From the IMG/VR virus record IMGVR_UViG_3300045988_125015: a DNA stretch of 36,747 nt. The stretch is one strand, 5' to 3'. How positions within the stretch are numbered: the stretch's first letter is position 1; each line of letters opens with the position of its first letter. Source of the DNA: a virus. The notes under the pieces are model-generated. The model did no database searches. It was not told the DNA's origin and saw nothing but the letters and a program-made list of their open reading frames with translations. A program made the translations under genes and the position numbers. Positions 33,068 to 36,747 of this stretch are shown piece by piece.

Positions 33068-34165
33068 ATGCAATCAGAGAGCTTATTTGGTCGAATGAAA
33101 AGTTACTGCAAAGGCCTTGCCGTCGATACCGATCTTGTCGGCAGGGCCTATGGAAATTGGCGGTCCGGCGAATCAGGCCGGACCAATGAATGGCGTGTGT
33201 ACAAGGAATATGGCTCGCCCGATGCCCTTATCGCCGAGATCGTAGCCGAGGCAAATGCCGGCACGCTGCGATTCGAACCGCTGCACACGAGGCCGAGACA
33301 AGACGGAGGCAAGCTGCGCAATATCGGCGTCGAAGGTGTCAAGCAGCAGATCTGCGGCTACACCGTCGACCTCGCCGTCGATGCGCTCATGCGCGCGAAA
33401 ACCGGTTACTGGCAGGTCAACAGGCCAGGCATGGGCCAGTTCCGCGCGGCGCCCACGGTGCAGAAGTGGGTCAACCAGTGCGCCTATCACGTGCATCTCG
33501 ACGTCAAATCCTGCTATGAGTCCGTGAGGTGCGCCGACGTCATGCGAGTGCTCGAGAAGTACGTGCGCTCGGGCGTTGTACTCGGTATCGCCAAGGCAAT
33601 CATGGACTCGTACCCAGACGGTCACCTGATGATCGGTAGCTATTTCTCACTCAGGATGGCGCTGCTCATCCTGAGCTTTGGCTACCACCATGTCGAGGAC
33701 ATGTACAAGGTTCGCCGTGGCAAGCGTGTCGCGCTTGTCGAGCACCAGGCATGGTACGTCGATGATATCTGGCTGTTCGGCGGCGACAAGAGAAATCTCA
33801 AGTGCGCAGCGCGTGACCTCGCAAAGTACCTCAAGGCCGAGTTTGGGCTCCGGCTCAAGCCCTGGAAGGTATGCAGGGCCACAGACGATGAGCCGACGGA
33901 CATCGCCGGCCCCGTCGTTAGGCGCAAGCGGATCACCATCCGCGACAAGACCTTTCGCAAAGGCCGTCGAGCGTTATTCCGATGCCGTCGAAAACCGACG
34001 AATCTGAGGCTGGCGCGTCGCCTGATCGCCTACTGCGGATGGTTCAAACACACCGACAGCCAGAGATTCTGCGATGACAACGGCCTCTATCCGGCACGCC
34101 GTCAAGCCAAAAAGGTAATCGCTAGACACGACAGATTTAGGAGTTCTCATGCAATTCGAGCTTGA
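33068..34165 (+). CDS. DGR-type reverse transcriptase
   Basis: 365 aa with RT motifs, including the catalytic YVDD (QAWYVDDIWLFGG) and an upstream LDVKSCYES-type motif. Small size, no maturase or endonuclease domains, and immediately 3' of the TR. Confidence 0.85.
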   Translation: MQSESLFGRMKSYCKGLAVDTDLVGRAYGNWRSGESGRTNEWRVYKEYGSPDALIAEIVAEANAGTLRFEPLHTRPRQDGGKLRNIGVEGVKQQICGYTVDLAVDALMRAKTGYWQVNRPGMGQFRAAPTVQKWVNQCAYHVHLDVKSCYESVRCADVMRVLEKYVRSGVVLGIAKAIMDSYPDGHLMIGSYFSLRMALLILSFGYHHVEDMYKVRRGKRVALVEHQAWYVDDIWLFGGDKRNLKCAARDLAKYLKAEFGLRLKPWKVCRATDDEPTDIAGPVVRRKRITIRDKTFRKGRRALFRCRRKPTNLRLARRLIAYCGWFKHTDSQRFCDDNGLYPARRQAKKVIARHDRFRSSHAIRA

Positions 34166-34523
34166 GTTTTGCGACCGCGAGCCCGCAAAGGTGACGGTCA
34201 TCCAAGACGGTCCCATCGCCAACATCTGGCTCCGCAAGGACATCACCGAGGACACCGTCGATAACGGTCCTGACGGCACACCTTACAAGATTTGGCGATG
34301 CAACACGTTGTTTTTCCAGCGCATCGGTACGCCGAGCGTCGAGGAAATCGAAGCCGACTTCGATGCAATCGCCGAGCAGCAGATCGCAGGCGGTCGCACG
34401 GTCGACGAGCGCATCGGTGCGACCGAGCAGGCTGTCGCCGACAACGGCAAGCAGCTTGAGACTGCGTTTCAGGCGCTCGCCGAACTTGGCGACATGATCG
34501 CAACGGCGGGAGGTGAAGTCTAA
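34149..34523 (+). CDS. Hypothetical acidic protein (XkdW-like position)
   Basis: 124 aa, AGGAG RBS. It overlaps the RT stop by 17 nt and lies between the fibre/DGR and an XkdX-like ORF. Confidence 0.5.
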   Translation: MQFELEFCDREPAKVTVIQDGPIANIWLRKDITEDTVDNGPDGTPYKIWRCNTLFFQRIGTPSVEEIEADFDAIAEQQIAGGRTVDERIGATEQAVADNGKQLETAFQALAELGDMIATAGGEV

Positions 34524-34648
34524 TGGCAGCAATCTACGCGACCCTCATCAAGGATGGGGCGATCAATCCCAAGACCGGTGAGCCTTGGAAGATTGAGGAC
34601 GTGAACGTCCTTTGGCGCGCGTCCGTCAAAAAGATTCTCGACAAGTAG
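34523..34648 (+). CDS. XkdX-like small protein (41 aa)
   Basis: Translated by eye as MAAIYATLIKDGAINPKTGEPWKIEDVNVLWRASVKKILDK. It has a TAATG overlap and is followed by a terminator. Confidence 0.45.
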   Translation: MAAIYATLIKDGAINPKTGEPWKIEDVNVLWRASVKKILDK

Positions 34649-34652
34649 GACT

Positions 34653-34677
34653 GGCCCCGAAAGGGGCCTTTTCTTTT
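34653..34677 (+). terminator. Rho-independent terminator
   Basis: ggcccc gaaa ggggcc followed by ttttctttt. Confidence 0.75.
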
Positions 34678-34727
34678 GCGCTGGCTGATGGCGGCTAGCG
34701 CTGGGATGGGGCAAAGGGGGTGAATGA

Positions 34728-35141
34728 ATGGAAATTCTAAAGCTCTTCGTACCATATGGCCCGGCGTGGCTTGGCGGCGTACTGCTTGCACTCATCGCCT
34801 TTTATTTCGGCAAACAGTTTCTTGAAGAGTACAAGCTGCAAAACGAACGCAAGAGCGCACTCGATATCAAGCGCGAGGAGCGAAAGCAAGACGAAGTCAA
34901 CGAGCGCGCCCAGCGCGACCGCGAGCGGTCGGAGATGGAGGGGCGCATTGCAGCGCAGATGGAGCGCAGTAACAGCCTCATGGAGGCGATGAAAACGCTG
35001 ATGGAGTCGGTTGTGGCGTCAAACGACGTCCTTCATGCGGATCTGGTCCACAGCCAGACACGCAGCCAGGGCATGGCTCAAAAGGTCGACCACATCTGCG
35101 ACCGGGTCGATCTGCTCTACGACAAAGAATCAACAAGATAG
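34728..35141 (+). CDS. Membrane-anchored coiled-coil protein (lysis-cassette accessory)
   Basis: 137 aa. An N-terminal TM segment (PAWLGGVLLALIAFYFG) is followed by a charged coiled coil. It lies just upstream of the holin. Confidence 0.5.
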   Translation: MEILKLFVPYGPAWLGGVLLALIAFYFGKQFLEEYKLQNERKSALDIKREERKQDEVNERAQRDRERSEMEGRIAAQMERSNSLMEAMKTLMESVVASNDVLHADLVHSQTRSQGMAQKVDHICDRVDLLYDKESTR

Positions 35142-35150
35142 GGATTCAAA

Positions 35151-35456
35151 ATGACAGAGATTCAGGCTGGTCTCACAGTAGCCACGGTGCTTGTGGTGCC
35201 ATACATCGTGCAGGCCATCAAGACCAAGGCAATGACCGGTAACGCCGCTCGCTGGACTGCGATCGCCGTATCGGTTCTGTGTGGCGCCCTCACAGCCATG
35301 GCAAGCGGGATGCCGACTGACCCAGGCGCCTGGGTGACATCAATCTTTGCTTGCGTCGGAGGCGTACAGGTAGCCTACGCAGCTTTCAAGAGCGTCGGAA
35401 TCACCGACAAATGGCTCGATGCGCTGCTCGCGCTCGGCGATATTAAGGCGAACTAG
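35151..35456 (+). CDS. Holin (three predicted TM segments)
   Basis: 101 aa with hydrophobic segments GLTVATVLVVPYIVQAI, WTAIAVSVLCGALTAMA and WVTSIFACVGGVQVAYAAF. It lies directly upstream of the endolysin. Confidence 0.7.
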   Translation: MTEIQAGLTVATVLVVPYIVQAIKTKAMTGNAARWTAIAVSVLCGALTAMASGMPTDPGAWVTSIFACVGGVQVAYAAFKSVGITDKWLDALLALGDIKAN

Positions 35457-35458
35457 CC

Positions 35459-36418
35459 ATGGCAATCACCCAGCGCGAGGCATTCGCGCAGGTCATGGAA
35501 CATCTTGTCACCCATGACGGCGGCTCCGGTCATGGTTACTCGCAATACAATCGCATGGGCGACGGCACCACCGAGACGATCAGGCTTTCTGATGGCACGA
35601 CCGTGACCATTGCCGGCGGCGACCGTGATTGCTCGTCTGCCGTCATTACGGCACTTCGCGCCGTCGGTATCAACACCTTCGGCGCCACATATACCGGCAA
35701 CATGGTCGAACAGCTGCTCAAGACCGGGTTGTTCGGATGGCGCAAAATGGGCGTCAAGTCCGCTCAGCGCGGAGACATCTATGTCAACAAGCGCTGTCAC
35801 ACCGCCGTGTGCATCTCGCCTTACGGATCCATGCGCGGAGACCTCTTGGCGCAATTCTCTATCTCCGAGAAGGGCACCATCACTGGCACCAAGGGCGACC
35901 AAAACAGCCGCGAGTCCAACATTAAGGCGTACTACTCCTATCCGTGGGACGGCACGCTCTACTGGCTCAACGATGGCAAGACGCTTTCAGGCTCCAATAC
36001 CGAGGTCGCCGACAACACCGATGCCGATCTCGGCGATGTGCGTTACTGGGGCCCCAAGTTCACGCGCGCGCTTCAAAAGCAGCTCGGCACTACCGTCGAT
36101 GGCGTTATTTCCGGTCAGTGGGATTGCAACAAGCGATATTTCTGGGCTGTCGAAAATTGCGTCAATTGGACAAAGACCGGCAAGGGCGTCGGCTCTGACA
36201 TGGTGCTCGCGCTACAAAAGAAAATCGGCTGCAAGATTTACCCGATCGTCGGCGGTGTCCAGGCTCGACAGATGACCAATGGCACCATCTACAGGCACCA
36301 GCAGTGGCTCATCGCCAACGGTATTTCGGTCGGATCGTGTGGTGCCGATGGCTTTCATGGTCACGACACCAACCGAGCGGTCGCGCAGGCAATCAAGCGC
36401 AAGCTCTATGCAGCTTAG
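35459..36418 (+). CDS. Endolysin: Amidase_5 (Pal-like) catalytic domain plus C-terminal wall-binding repeats
   Basis: 319 aa. YSQYNRMGDG...GGDRDCSSAVITALRAVG...AQRGDIYVNKRCHTAVC parallels the Dp-1 Pal amidase (YSMDFRDGPDSYDCSSSMYYALRSAG...AKRGDIFIWG...GHTGMF). The C-terminal repeats look like ALQKQLG..VDGVISG. Confidence 0.75.
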   Translation: MAITQREAFAQVMEHLVTHDGGSGHGYSQYNRMGDGTTETIRLSDGTTVTIAGGDRDCSSAVITALRAVGINTFGATYTGNMVEQLLKTGLFGWRKMGVKSAQRGDIYVNKRCHTAVCISPYGSMRGDLLAQFSISEKGTITGTKGDQNSRESNIKAYYSYPWDGTLYWLNDGKTLSGSNTEVADNTDADLGDVRYWGPKFTRALQKQLGTTVDGVISGQWDCNKRYFWAVENCVNWTKTGKGVGSDMVLALQKKIGCKIYPIVGGVQARQMTNGTIYRHQQWLIANGISVGSCGADGFHGHDTNRAVAQAIKRKLYAA

Positions 36419-36430
36419 TCAGGAGCTTAT

Positions 36431-36523
36431 ATGTTAGGCAACATCCTCATGGTGCTTTTGGGCGCACAGCTGGGAGCAACCGTCGGCGTGCTCGCCATGT
36501 GCCTCTTCATCAATCGCAAATAA
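36431..36523 (+). CDS. 30-aa single-TM peptide
   Basis: AGGAGC RBS, product MLGNILMVLLGAQLGATVGVLAMCLFINRK, followed by a strong terminator. It is too short to appear in the ORF track. Confidence 0.4.
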   Translation: MLGNILMVLLGAQLGATVGVLAMCLFINRK

Positions 36524-36529
36524 CGCTTC

Positions 36530-36564
36530 GCCCACTCCGGCCCTGCCGGGGTGGGCATTTTTTT
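36530..36564 (+). terminator. Rho-independent terminator closing the late operon
   Basis: gcccactccgg / ccggggtgggc stem (one G-U pair), loop ccctg, then a T7 run (36558..36564). Confidence 0.8.
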
Positions 36565-36606
36565 GGCCAAAAAGACCAATATAATACTTGCGTACTGCTA
36601 CTCCGC

Positions 36607-36747
36607 TATCCTGATGATGGTGCCGTGAGCACGCCTGGCAGCAATTACTAGGCTGCGAGCAGCACGCCAAAGCCGCCTTTGAGCGGCAGTATCCCGACGC
36701 TGTGATACACTTGGAAAAGTTCGGGATAATTCACGCCCGGGCTACCA
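36607..36747. repeat. Terminal direct repeat copy 2 (exact duplicate of 1..141)
   Basis: See copy 1. Confidence 0.95.

Larger units (their letters stand above)
32601..34165 (+). mobile_element. Diversity-generating retroelement cassette (VR - TR - spacer - RT)
   Basis: Adenine-specific VR/TR divergence together with an adjacent reverse transcriptase gene. Confidence 0.85.

Noticed and set aside
32690-33073. Minus-strand 127-aa ORF covering the TR, considered as a possible Avd accessory gene
   Set aside because: It lies antisense to the VR end, the TR and the spacer. Its sequence is not helical-bundle-like. It exists only because the region lacks stops, so I treat the DGR as lacking a visible Avd.
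36434-36670. Minus-strand 78-aa ORF across the late terminator and junction
   Set aside because: It spans a strong terminator hairpin and the presumed attP. Its translation is Cys/His/Gln-rich with no RBS, so it is probably spurious.
1-36747. tRNA genes, rRNA genes, CRISPR arrays, IS elements/transposases
   Set aside because: I scanned the intergenic gaps (2434-2660, 10540-10684, 14313-14543, 15069-15277, 15650-15770, 32760-33067, 36524-36606). I found no cloverleaf-like tRNA, no regularly spaced repeat-spacer array and no transposase-like ORF. This was done by eye only; tRNAscan and CRISPR finders should confirm it.

Overview
The window is one complete, circularly closed, temperate siphovirus-type phage genome. 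Bases 1..141 are repeated exactly at 36607..36747, so the unit length is 36606 bp. The DNA is visibly GC-rich. It encodes an actinobacterial-type IHF homologue, so a high-GC Gram-positive (Actinomycetota-like) host is likely; this is inference only.

Gene order:
- Lysogeny module on the minus strand: a large serine recombinase and two tandem XRE repressors (42..2094).
- A divergent promoter/operator switch (2095..2229).
- A Cro-like gene, followed by a strongly structured 147-nt element.
- A long plus-strand early region of translationally coupled small ORFs (2661..14312). It contains an expanded family of zinc-ribbon proteins, a RusA-like resolvase, a second (tyrosine) integrase next to the mIHF-like gene, an HNH_3-like protein and a DUF4373-like protein.
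- A late activator, an HNH endonuclease, then TerS, TerL, portal, ClpP-like protease and HK97-type capsid.
- Neck proteins, major tail protein, frameshifted chaperones, tape measure and distal tail/baseplate proteins.
- A tail-fibre gene whose C-terminus is diversified by a diversity-generating retroelement (DGR: VR 32601..32707, TR 32832..32938, RT 33068..34165).
- A holin / Amidase_5 lysis cassette.

I found no tRNA, rRNA or CRISPR array, and no recognisable polymerase, primase or helicase.

Most interesting points:
1. The Avd-less DGR.
2. The tandem zinc-ribbon paralog array.
3. Two integrase systems (serine, and tyrosine plus phage mIHF).
4. The structured element closed by a 23-bp stem just after cro.

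All product calls come from motif recognition by eye. No database search was run.
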